Source: Alphaproteobacteria bacterium
GTDB lineage: Bacteria; Pseudomonadota; Alphaproteobacteria; UBA6615
DNA: 64,000 nucleotides
Assembly (NCBI GenBank): GCA_021774445.1
Contig: JAJFJA010000059.1
Location: forward strand, 155,830-219,829
Direction: 5' to 3'
The stretch's first letter is position 1, and every line of letters starts with the position of its first letter. A program made the translations under genes and the position numbers. The notes beneath the pieces were generated by a model, which had not been told where the DNA came from, searched no databases, and was given only the letters and a program-made list of their open reading frames with translations. Below are positions 28,680 to 36,958 of the stretch, piece after piece.

Positions 28680-29014
28680 TGCGCCCCCGAGCTATGGTCG
28701 GAGCTCAACGCGTTTTGCCTGGTGATTGCGAGAGCAGATTGTCAGGCCTCGCACAATCCACCGCGTGCCGCGCCGTCGCACAATCATTGCCCGCCCGCAT
28801 TCGTCAGCGGCAAAGCGATCCGAACCCTCCAATTCATGTAGCCACAATCACGGCACCACCTCAATACCACTTTCGTGTCTTCCATCACGGACAGCCAGCG
28901 GACGTAAGCGTTCCCGGACTTCGGGATCCAGAGTAGTCTGGGTTTGCCCTCGGTCGTCGGCTGACGTAGGACGAGGCCCGGGCGGGCGGCGGGCCACGCA
29001 TTCGGCAGGCTGGA

Positions 29015-29413
29015 TTGGGAGGAAATGTGCGCATCAAAGTGGAAGTTTCGCCCGGCGAGTTACTCGATAAGCTGACGATCCTCGAAATCAAGGAAGCGCG
29101 AATTGCCGATCCGCTAAAGCTCGAAAACGTTCGGCGGGAGAGAGCGACCCTCGGCGCGGCCGCGTCGGACCATATCGACCCGTCGCGTCAGATCGCGGAA
29201 CTCAAGGACGAACTGAAATCCGTCAACGAACGACTTTGGACCATCGAGGACCAGATTCGCGCCCGCGAACGCGATCAGGATTTCGGGCCGCGGTTTATCG
29301 AGCTTGCGCGCGGCGTGTACCGCACGAACGATCGCCGCGCGGCGCTGAAAAAGGCCATCAACGACATCCTTAAGTCCGACATCGCGGAAGAAAAATCCTA
29401 CGCCGAATATTAG
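29015..29413 (+). CDS. conserved hypothetical coiled-coil protein (heptosyltransferase-adjacent)
   Basis: charged helical sequence (ELKDELKSVNERLWTIEDQIRARERD); TTG start per ORF track, GTG at 29027 is an alternative. Confidence 0.45.
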   Translation: MGGNVRIKVEVSPGELLDKLTILEIKEARIADPLKLENVRRERATLGAAASDHIDPSRQIAELKDELKSVNERLWTIEDQIRARERDQDFGPRFIELARGVYRTNDRRAALKKAINDILKSDIAEEKSYAEY

Positions 29414-29445
29414 CGTACCGCAGCGGATTGGAGTGACCACGCGAC

Positions 29446-30396
29446 GTGGCCATACTTTTCATCACGTCAACCCACATCGGCGACGCGATCCTGTCGACCG
29501 GCCTGCTGAATCGCCTGCTCAGCGACGATCACGACGACCTCGTGACCATCGCCTGCGGCGCGCCGGCCGCCAAGATATTCGCGGCCGTCCCCCGGTTGGA
29601 GCGTATCCACGTGCTTCGAAAGCGCCGGTTTTCGCTACATTGGATCGACCTCTGGCGCACGACCGCGGGCCGCCGGTGGCGCATTCTGGTGGATCTGCGC
29701 CGCTCCGGGTCGCCTTTTGTCCTGCGCGCCCGAGAAAAATATGTTCTGCCGAAACTGCAGGCGCCGATTCACCGGGTGGAATTGATATCGAGTACGCTCG
29801 GTTCGCCGCCGCTCGCCCCGAAAATATGGACCGACGAGCGGCATGAACGCCGGGCGCGCACCCTCTTAGGTGACGGCGGCGACCTTGTCGCAATGGCACC
29901 GGGCGCCAACTGGCGTGGCAAGATTTGGCCGGCCGACAATTTCGTTGAACTGGCGCACCGGTTGCTCGGACCGGGCGGCCTGTTGGCCGATCATCGACTG
30001 CTTCTGGTCGGCGCCGGCGGCGAGCGCGATACCGCGCAACCGTTGCTGGACGCGTTGCCCGCTTCTCGGATCGTCGACGCGATGGGTGTCGGCGTGCTGT
30101 CCACCTACGCAGCCCTGAAGCGTTGTCGGCTGTTCGTCGGCAACGACTCCGCCATGATGCACCTGGCGGCGGCGACCGGCCGTCCCACGGTCGGACTGTT
30201 CGGCCCGACCCGCGACGTCCACTACGCCCCCTGGGGCGAGAACGGACTCGTCGTGAGAACCCCCGAGAGTGTCGAGGAACTCATCGACCGCCCCGACTAC
30301 GATACCCGGACGACCGGCACGATGATGGCGAACCTGACCGCCCAGACGGTCGAGGCGGCGATACGAAATCGCTGGGGAGACGCCTTGCCGATCTAG
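29446..30396 (+). CDS. glycosyltransferase family 9 (ADP-heptose:LPS heptosyltransferase-like)
   Basis: GT9 signature region (FVGNDSAMMHLAAATGRPTVGLFGPT); GTG start. Confidence 0.75.
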   Translation: MAILFITSTHIGDAILSTGLLNRLLSDDHDDLVTIACGAPAAKIFAAVPRLERIHVLRKRRFSLHWIDLWRTTAGRRWRILVDLRRSGSPFVLRAREKYVLPKLQAPIHRVELISSTLGSPPLAPKIWTDERHERRARTLLGDGGDLVAMAPGANWRGKIWPADNFVELAHRLLGPGGLLADHRLLLVGAGGERDTAQPLLDALPASRIVDAMGVGVLSTYAALKRCRLFVGNDSAMMHLAAATGRPTVGLFGPTRDVHYAPWGENGLVVRTPESVEELIDRPDYDTRTTGTMMANLTAQTVEAAIRNRWGDALPI

Positions 30397-30429
30397 CCGC
30401 CGATCTTGCGTGCGAGAGCATTCCGGGAC

Positions 30430-30834
30430 TTACGAAATGGTTTGCGTCGAGGTTCCTCGCAATTGGATTGGCCCGAACGGCAGGAAGCCGAGGGCGAGCG
30501 GCTCGTATTGGTAGTCGACCTGGACGGTGACCGTGCTCCCGCGGCTGTTATTTGGTTCCCACACCACCGAGACGGACAGCGCGGCGGCAGGCATCGCCGT
30601 CGCGCCGCTCTTCACATAATCGACCACCTCTGTCTCGGTCGCCGGAAAGGGCTTCTCCGACCCGCGTACACCGGCGTACCGCGCCCCCTGAACCGCGACA
30701 CGCTTGATGGTCGAATTGGCAAAACCGATCCGCCCGATATCGATGATGCCGACGGTGAACAGCATCAACAGCGGCGCAATGAGCGCCAGCTCGATGACCG
30801 AGGCCCCACGCTCATCCTTCCAAAAGGTCCGCAT
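30430..30834 (-). CDS. TadE/TadF-like pilus assembly pseudopilin
   Basis: TadE N-terminal motif GASVIELALIAPLLMLFTVGIIDIG. Confidence 0.6.
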   Translation of the reverse strand: MRTFWKDERGASVIELALIAPLLMLFTVGIIDIGRIGFANSTIKRVAVQGARYAGVRGSEKPFPATETEVVDYVKSGATAMPAAALSVSVVWEPNNSRGSTVTVQVDYQYEPLALGFLPFGPIQLRGTSTQTIS

Positions 30835-30846
30835 CGGTGCGCCCCG

Positions 30847-31299
30847 CTATCGCAGTCGCATGCGGCTGGCCGCAGCCAGCGTCACCGTGCTCGGCAGACC
30901 CGGATAGGCGAATGACAGATCGAGTGTGTCGGCGACTGTTACTTCGACATAAATCGGCGGGTAGGCCCCGTCCGGGCACGGGCTTGCACAAGCGACCTCG
31001 GCGCCGGTTGGGCAGCGGCAGAACTGACGTGCCGCGATACTGAGTTCATTGGCCGGGTCGACCGCATCGTCACGGGCATATTGGATCATGTTGGCGATGT
31101 CGTTCGCCGTGCTGTGGTCCAGCGTGCCGTATTGCACGCCGGCGCGTGCCGCACTGCTGACCCGCAGCAGGCCCAGCCCATAGCGCCCGAAATCGAAGGC
31201 GCCGAGGGCCATTATTACCAGCAGTGGTGCCAGAATCCCGAATTCCACGGCAACGTTGCCACGCGGACAACGCCACAACCGCCTAATTATCGTCAGCAT
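30847..31299 (-). CDS. TadE-like pilus assembly pseudopilin
   Basis: TadE N-terminal motif GNVAVEFGILAPLLVIMALGAFDFG. Confidence 0.6.
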   Translation of the reverse strand: MLTIIRRLWRCPRGNVAVEFGILAPLLVIMALGAFDFGRYGLGLLRVSSAARAGVQYGTLDHSTANDIANMIQYARDDAVDPANELSIAARQFCRCPTGAEVACASPCPDGAYPPIYVEVTVADTLDLSFAYPGLPSTVTLAAASRMRLR

Positions 31300-31308
31300 C
31301 GTTTCCTC

Positions 31309-32556
31309 CTATTCGATGAGCGTGGCGCTAATGAGCATGTTGTTCGCCTCGACGGCCGTCCCGGAAAAATCGCCCAATTCCGAGCTGCCGCTGAACGTCA
31401 CGGTTTGGGCGATGAGCATCGACGCGGCTGCGTTGAAGGTCGACCCGCCGGAAAAGCTGACATCTTGTCCCGGGAAATAGAGGATCCCCTCCAGATCCAT
31501 GGTGCCGCCGCCGGTGACACTGTGATTGATGTTGCCGGTCGTATTCGCATTTTGAAAGAACAGCACCCCGGCCAGGTCACCACTCGTGCCGGCGGTGAGG
31601 TCGACCGTTGCGCCGGCTTGAATATTGATCGCGTCGGCGGTCCCGGAGTTCTCGCTGAGATAAAAATGGACGTCGGATCCGGTCGCCGTTCCTTGTGCCG
31701 AGACCGTCAGACCGGCACCGTCCAGCACATACTGGCCAGGTTCGAAATTTACGATCCCGTCGGCCAGCACCTCGATGCTCCCGCAATAGACGCCGGGAGA
31801 AAGCGTGACGTTTTCACCGCTATTGATCTTGGTCTTTGCCGTATGATCGCAGGCGCCATAGCTTGGCGGCTGCAGCGACGAAAGCGGATCGTTCACGGGC
31901 GTAACGTTCGTCAGCGGTTGCGGGTTGATGCAGCTGCCGTTGTAACCGCCGGCCAGTTTGATCTTGGTCGAGGTCAGACAGGCGCCGCCGTCTTGCGACA
32001 GCGACTCGTCGTCCACGGAGTTGGCGATGACGCCGCAGCCCATATTGACCTGTGCGCCACCCGCGACCTTGATCGCGCCGCGCGCCGTCGGGTTCAGCGC
32101 CCACACACATGTATCGTTGATCTCGACGCGCGCCACGGCGCGGGCGGACATGTCCACCGGGCCACCTAGGAACAGGCTGGAAAAGAAAATCGGCGCTGAA
32201 CGCTGGACAATGATCTCGACCGAGTCCGCGGCACCCGTGGCGATGCCGCTGCTTGGCGGATGGTTCACGCTGATGGTATCGCCCAGGCCGGGTTCGTAGC
32301 CATTATAGGTGGCATCCGATGTCGCCGCGGTGAGAATGGCCGGGTCGTCGCCCGATCGCATGATCTCCAGCGCCCCTGCCACCGCTGCCGAGTCCGTCGC
32401 CGATTGAACCGTCCGCTGGTTGACGTGCCAAGACGCCACGTCGACCGACAGGCCGACCGCGCCAACGAGCAACGGCAACACCAACGCCGCGTAAGTTGTG
32501 ACGCCGCCATCGGTGTCATGAAGCAGTCTTGTGAGACGGTGCCATCTGGTGGACAT
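31309..32556 (-). CDS. TadG-like Flp pilus-assembly protein (large pseudopilin)
   Basis: N-terminal Tad-type TM (GVTTYAALVLPLLVGAVGLSVDVASW), Gly/Ser/Thr-rich beta body; ATG at MSTRWHRL chosen. Confidence 0.55.
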   Translation of the reverse strand: MSTRWHRLTRLLHDTDGGVTTYAALVLPLLVGAVGLSVDVASWHVNQRTVQSATDSAAVAGALEIMRSGDDPAILTAATSDATYNGYEPGLGDTISVNHPPSSGIATGAADSVEIIVQRSAPIFFSSLFLGGPVDMSARAVARVEINDTCVWALNPTARGAIKVAGGAQVNMGCGVIANSVDDESLSQDGGACLTSTKIKLAGGYNGSCINPQPLTNVTPVNDPLSSLQPPSYGACDHTAKTKINSGENVTLSPGVYCGSIEVLADGIVNFEPGQYVLDGAGLTVSAQGTATGSDVHFYLSENSGTADAINIQAGATVDLTAGTSGDLAGVLFFQNANTTGNINHSVTGGGTMDLEGILYFPGQDVSFSGGSTFNAAASMLIAQTVTFSGSSELGDFSGTAVEANNMLISATLIE

Positions 32557-33000
32557 AGTCGTCGCCTCCTGTATCAGCGGCATGTTCGTACATGCCGCCC
32601 CCCCCTTGACGCGTCGCGTGAGACCGACGATCAGGGTTAAGTTCGCCTTAAAGGTCTCGGCCCGAAATCGTACCTCGTTGGGGACAACGGTCTGGGGCTG
32701 ATGGCTATTCCACCCCTGTCGCTTTTTTGCTGTCGAAATAGCAGCGCGACCTGGTCACGGACGCCGTCGAGTCCCGCAATCGGCAGGGCTCAGGCCATGC
32801 AAGGGGCGTGTGACATTTGTCGGGCTCGCGTGGAGCGCGATAAGGCAAACTCTCCCGGCGCACCCCATGGACGTTCCAGGTTGGATAGGTCGACGCAAAG
32901 CCTGTCGCTTATCAACCAAATGCACGGCAAATCACGCTGATCTACCGCGTCGCCCGTCGCCCACGAATCAGACCCTGATCACCGGGTCGGCGAGCGCACC

Positions 33001-33747
33001 CTAGTACGGGATGCCAGGCGTAATCTCGGTCCCCTTCGCCAGGGAGGTCTTGCGATTCATCGGAATGAGAGTGCCGGCTTGGCGCATCGCCCCGACCTGC
33101 ATGATCATCTCGCTAACCGCTTTTGAGTGGGGGCGCGCCGTGATCGTATCAAACCACTGCCTGACCCTCGGATACTTTTGCCAGTCCGCATCTGAAAGAA
33201 TGGCGCCGGCAACGTGGGAGACGAACTCGTGATAGCCTAGCAGGTCCGCGAAGCTAATCTCGTCACCGCAGAGGTATTTACTCTTCGTGAGCCAGGCTTC
33301 CAGGAGCACCATCGACTCGTCGAGGGTATATCTCCCTTTGGCGATTTCCCTGGAATAGTCGTGCTTGCCCCAAATGCATTCCGCAAAATGGGTATAAAAA
33401 AATGCGCCGGCGCCACGGCGAAGGAATGTGGAGTGCCAGTGCAAATACTGCTGAATGTTCGCTCTTTGCTGCATAGTGGCCCCGAACCAGTTGTCGGGCG
33501 CAGCGAATTTTTCGTTCAGGTAGAAGGCGATGGCTGAACTCTCCCACACAACGAAATCACCATCGCACAGGATCGGCACCTGTCCTGTCGGGTTGTATTG
33601 ATCCTTGAAGCTCTGCTGCTCGTTGTCCCCCTCGATTAGATCGACAACTTCATCTTCAAACGGGATCTCGACTTCGAGCATGAATTGGTGCACGGCCCGA
33701 CATGGCTGAGAAGTCGGGTGGTGGAGAAAACGTACTGTTGAGCTCAT
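33001..33747 (-). CDS. glutathione S-transferase
   Basis: GST N-domain (SQPCRAVHQF, VPIL, ESSAIAFYL) and C-domain; noticeably lower GC than its flanks. Confidence 0.75.
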   Translation of the reverse strand: MSSTVRFLHHPTSQPCRAVHQFMLEVEIPFEDEVVDLIEGDNEQQSFKDQYNPTGQVPILCDGDFVVWESSAIAFYLNEKFAAPDNWFGATMQQRANIQQYLHWHSTFLRRGAGAFFYTHFAECIWGKHDYSREIAKGRYTLDESMVLLEAWLTKSKYLCGDEISFADLLGYHEFVSHVAGAILSDADWQKYPRVRQWFDTITARPHSKAVSEMIMQVGAMRQAGTLIPMNRKTSLAKGTEITPGIPY

Positions 33748-34077
33748 ACGGGCATACTCCCTTTCATGCGTGAGGTTGCCCCCATCTGGTCGACTGACGC
33801 GGCACCGGTCGCAATTCACGATTGTCGCCCATCTTCGGACTGGCACAAGACCGGATGCCGGGTATTTGATCGGCGGCAGGTGACCGTTGATCAACCCACG
33901 AGACCGGCAACCGCCGCGACTTACGCAAGATGTGGGGCGAACGGCGCCGGCGCGGCGGTTTCGGCCGCGTCCGCGCCGCCGAAGGCGAGTACCGTCGATA
34001 CCACCCTGGTCGCCTGGGGCCGATCCGCGGTCCCCTATGGCACCTTATGGTGGGTCCGCCTCTGACGCCGATTACCG

Positions 34078-34515
34078 TTACGGCATGCGATGCGGCCGGG
34101 CGGCAATGTTGTTGGCGGCTTGCAGTTCGCGCACATACACCACGATCGCGGCGATTTCCTGATCGCTGAGCCCTGGCTGCGGCGGCATGTTCCCGTATGG
34201 CCAGTGATGCTGAGGCACCCCTTGCCTGACGGCGCGAAAGAAGGCGGCATCGCCATGATGGCCGGGGTTATAAATGTCGTGGACAAAAGGCGGCCCCTTG
34301 TCGGTACCGGCGGCGTTCTGGCCATGACATTCGGCGCAGGCCGTGTCGAAGGCGATCTTGCCGGCCGCCGCTACTGGCGAAAGCACGGGAAGCGCAATCT
34401 CCTTCCCATCCGCATCGCCCGCCGATGGCGCCAGGATTTTCCAGGCGACTGTGATCACACCCGCCGCGACGACCCCCAAGACCAGGATGGCCGGTAACTT
34501 TCCACCAATTTTCAT
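34078..34515 (-). CDS. mono-haem c-type cytochrome, membrane-anchored
   Basis: CAECHG haem-binding motif, N-terminal TM/signal. Confidence 0.75.
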   Translation of the reverse strand: MKIGGKLPAILVLGVVAAGVITVAWKILAPSAGDADGKEIALPVLSPVAAAGKIAFDTACAECHGQNAAGTDKGPPFVHDIYNPGHHGDAAFFRAVRQGVPQHHWPYGNMPPQPGLSDQEIAAIVVYVRELQAANNIAARPHRMP

Positions 34516-34536
34516 CGCCGAAGCCCTTTCGCCCGC

Positions 34537-35232
34537 TCATTCCCCCCACATCCAGGCCGGTACCAGCCCGATATGGTTCTCGACCGCCTGCACACCGGCG
34601 ATGTTTTCTGCCGCCACTTGTGCGGCCTTTCTTTCCGTTTCGTTATCGACGACCCCCCAAAGCTGCACAACCCCGTTCGTGACGATCACGTTTATCGAGC
34701 CCGTCAGCAGCCCGGCATCGCGAGCCAGGGTTCCCAGCAGTTCCTCCCGGATGGTCCGGTCGTCGCCGGAGCCGCGCTGTGCCAGTGCGGCGCCACTGCC
34801 GGCGAGGCCGTGCAGCAAGTTGGCCCGACTGACAATACCAACGAGCCGTCCGCCGCGCATAATCGGCACCCGCTTGATGCGGTGCTTTTCGAGCAGGCCG
34901 GCGATCTCGCCAAGCGACATGTCCTCGGTGGCCGTGACAACGTCTCGGCTCATGACGTCGCTGGCTTTCCGGCCATGGGTCTTGATGTAGTCTTGCGCTT
35001 TGTCGGTCGCCGAGAACACCGCCTCCAGCCACCAGGAGTGTTGATTTGCGGTGTCGTTCTCCACCCGACGCATGAGATCGCCCTCGCTGACGATTCCGAC
35101 CACCTGTCGGTCCCCATCGATGACCGGAACCGCGCTGATCCTGTGTTTCAGCAACAGCGCCGCGATGTCTCGCACTTGCGTGTCCGGCTGCACCGTAATT
35201 ACGTCTGTGCTCATGACGTCCGTTGCGTGCAT
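34537..35232 (-). CDS. CBS-pair plus BON domain protein
   Basis: two CBS segments (HRISAVPVIDGDRQVVGIVSEGDL; HRIKRVPIMRGGRLVGIVSRANL) and C-terminal BON-like INVIVTNGVVQLWGVVDNETERKAAQVAAENIAGVQAV; ATG at MHATDVM chosen. Confidence 0.65.
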   Translation of the reverse strand: MHATDVMSTDVITVQPDTQVRDIAALLLKHRISAVPVIDGDRQVVGIVSEGDLMRRVENDTANQHSWWLEAVFSATDKAQDYIKTHGRKASDVMSRDVVTATEDMSLGEIAGLLEKHRIKRVPIMRGGRLVGIVSRANLLHGLAGSGAALAQRGSGDDRTIREELLGTLARDAGLLTGSINVIVTNGVVQLWGVVDNETERKAAQVAAENIAGVQAVENHIGLVPAWMWGE

Positions 35233-35264
35233 GTCTTCATCTCCTGCTCTCAGAGGCACCAGCC

Positions 35265-35816
35265 TCAGCCGATCGAAACCAGATCGTTCTCGGCAAACTT
35301 GTAGGGCGGCACCACGAGGTTCCTCGGTGCCGGTCCTTTGCGGATCCGTCCCGAGGTATCGTAATGCGAAGCATGGCAGGGGCAGAACCAGCCGCCCCAG
35401 CCGCCGAGCGGATCGCCGACCTTCTGGCCCAAGGGTATGCATCCCAAATGGGTGCATACCCCGACGACGATCAGCCACTCCGCTCGCTGAACACGGGCAC
35501 TATCGAGCTCCGGATCCTTGAGATCGGCGCTGTCATCCTGCCTTGCCCGGGCGATTTGCTCTGCCGTGCGGTGATCGACGAACACCGGTTGCCCACGCCA
35601 GACAATGGTCACCCGCTGACCCACGGCGATCGGCGCGAGGTCGAGTTCAGTGGTCGCGAGCGTGCGAACATCGGCGGCCGGGTTCAGGCTGTCGATGAGG
35701 GGCCAAATGGCGGCGGCCGTCGTGACCGCCGCCATCGCGCCCGTCATCACATAGAGAAAATCGCGGCGGGTCTCAGCCGGCTCGTGCCCTGGGGGAACCG
35801 TTTGAGTCGCGGACAT
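35265..35816 (-). CDS. Rieske [2Fe-2S] protein (PetA-like ubiquinol-cytochrome c reductase iron-sulfur subunit), orphan
   Basis: boxes CTHLGC and CPCHAS, Tat-like RRDFLY N-terminus; no petB/petC adjacent. Confidence 0.8.
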   Translation of the reverse strand: MSATQTVPPGHEPAETRRDFLYVMTGAMAAVTTAAAIWPLIDSLNPAADVRTLATTELDLAPIAVGQRVTIVWRGQPVFVDHRTAEQIARARQDDSADLKDPELDSARVQRAEWLIVVGVCTHLGCIPLGQKVGDPLGGWGGWFCPCHASHYDTSGRIRKGPAPRNLVVPPYKFAENDLVSIG

Positions 35817-35830
35817 TTCTGCCGCTCCTG

Positions 35831-36907
35831 TTAACCGCCGACCCCCTGGACCATCTGGTGCCCCCTGCCGCCGATCGGGATCGTCCCGACAACGACCAGA
35901 TCTTGCTGGTCGACCACCCAGATATCCGGCTGGTCGGCGCTCGAGACATAGAGCCTGCCGGTACCGTCGACCGCGGCAAGGTGATAGGGCGCGGGGGCTA
36001 GCGAAGCCGCGCGGCGCGCCGCCGTTTCGAGATCGATCGCAACCAGTTCGTCCTGCCCGCGGGCACTGACGAACAGGGTGTCGCCGTTCTGCGATAGGTC
36101 GATGCCGTGTAACGCACCACCGATGTCGAAGGTCCGCACGGTCGCGCCGCTATCCGTGGCGAGCTCCGAGACCGTGCCGTCGTCCACATTGGCGACATAA
36201 AGCCTGCGCCCATCGGCCGACAGCACCATATGCTCGGGGCTAACACCGGCCTTCATTTGGCGATGGATGGTCCACTGCCCGGTATCGACTTCGCTGACCG
36301 TGTTGTTGCCGGCATTGCTGACAAAGACATCTTCGCTGTCGGGACTAAATACCGCGTAGTTCGGCAGCGGTCCGGTCGCAACGGTCGCGACGACACCGTA
36401 GGACGCCAAGTCGATGACGCTGATCCCGCCCTCGCTGGGCTGGGTGACGACGGCGAATCGGCCGTTCGGGCTGACCGAAACATGGTGCACGGCACCCGGC
36501 ACGTCGATGCGCCGCACCACGGACATATCCGCGGTCCGTAACACTGACACGGTGCTGACGACCGCACCGTCCTTTTGAGCATCGACCGGCGCCGCGCTAT
36601 GGTGCGCATCGTGCTCATCCGCGGTCACGCTGGACGGTTTTTCAGGCGTCGCACTGCCGGGCTCGCGGTCCTCGAAACTACCGGCGATCAGGAAGGCGCC
36701 GTCGGGCGTCTTGGCGAGACCGTGCACAGCCGCAACACCGCCTATGGTGTCGACGATTTCATCCGTTGCGGCATCGACGACGACGATCTTGCCATCGCTG
36801 CCGAGCGGCACATATACCAGTGGCTCGGCGAAAGCCGTTTGCATTGCCAGCATGAGCGTGACCGCGCCGGGCCATGCCACGGTTCGGACAAGCGATACGG
36901 TTTTCAT
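35831..36907 (-). CDS. secreted YVTN-family beta-propeller repeat protein with His-rich insert
   Basis: repeated beta-propeller blades (LYVANVDDGTVSE, VFVSNAGNNTVSE, LYVSSADQPDIWVVD), signal peptide, DEHDAHHSAAP segment. Confidence 0.6.
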   Translation of the reverse strand: MKTVSLVRTVAWPGAVTLMLAMQTAFAEPLVYVPLGSDGKIVVVDAATDEIVDTIGGVAAVHGLAKTPDGAFLIAGSFEDREPGSATPEKPSSVTADEHDAHHSAAPVDAQKDGAVVSTVSVLRTADMSVVRRIDVPGAVHHVSVSPNGRFAVVTQPSEGGISVIDLASYGVVATVATGPLPNYAVFSPDSEDVFVSNAGNNTVSEVDTGQWTIHRQMKAGVSPEHMVLSADGRRLYVANVDDGTVSELATDSGATVRTFDIGGALHGIDLSQNGDTLFVSARGQDELVAIDLETAARRAASLAPAPYHLAAVDGTGRLYVSSADQPDIWVVDQQDLVVVGTIPIGGRGHQMVQGVGG

Positions 36908-36958
36908 AACTTTTCTCCATTTTCTGTGGGTGAATTCCTGCACGCCGGCGGAGTCCTT

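Noticed and set aside
31081-32169. 362-aa plus-strand ORF
   Set aside because: Antisense to the tadE/tadG-like genes, which have clear pseudopilin N-termini.
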